DNA of 63,233 nucleotides, counting the filler, from Octopus bimaculoides (taxonomy: Eukaryota): NCBI RefSeq assembly GCF_001194135.2. It is 11 parts of 9 records of this genome, joined end to end, with 100 filler letters (N's around TTAATTAATTAA, not from the genome) between each part and the next. Parts side by side here need not be neighbours in the genome. Positions count along the whole stretch, not along the records: positions 60,368 to 63,233 come from NC_069006.1; 10 more parts are not named here. The stretch is one strand, 5' to 3'. The translations under genes and the position numbers were made by a program. This document shows positions 63,225-63,233 of the stretch, piece after piece. The notes under the pieces were generated by a model. It was not told where the DNA came from and ran no database searches. It was given only the letters and a program-made list of their open reading frames with translations. The number at the start of each line of letters is the position of its first letter. The stretch's first letter is position 1.

Positions 63225-63233
63225 TATATATAT

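Overview
AT-rich, gappy eukaryotic scaffold. The SINE, LINE and microsatellite content looks like an octopus (coleoid cephalopod) genome; this comes from my recognition of the repeats, not a database search. No host protein-coding gene can be confidently identified, only weak candidate exons. Nearly all ORFs in the track are microsatellite translations or run through N gaps. The window holds at least four tRNA-headed SINE families, a disrupted RTE-clade LINE (24.5-26.3 kb), a stack of R4/Dong-like non-LTR elements joined at (TAA)n tracts (44.5-49.4 kb, plus 38 kb and 53.5 kb), Tc1/mariner remnants and MITEs, a probable non-autonomous Helitron, and many simple repeats. The most interesting signal is a tRNA-headed SINE carrying a minimal type I hammerhead ribozyme (3033-3078, decayed second copy at 22.3 kb), plus a second hammerhead-like, probably Penelope-derived family (13.6 and 14.7 kb). 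Ten TTAATTAATTAA spacers inside 100-bp gaps and several gap-flanking duplications are assembly artefacts. SINE boundaries are approximate.
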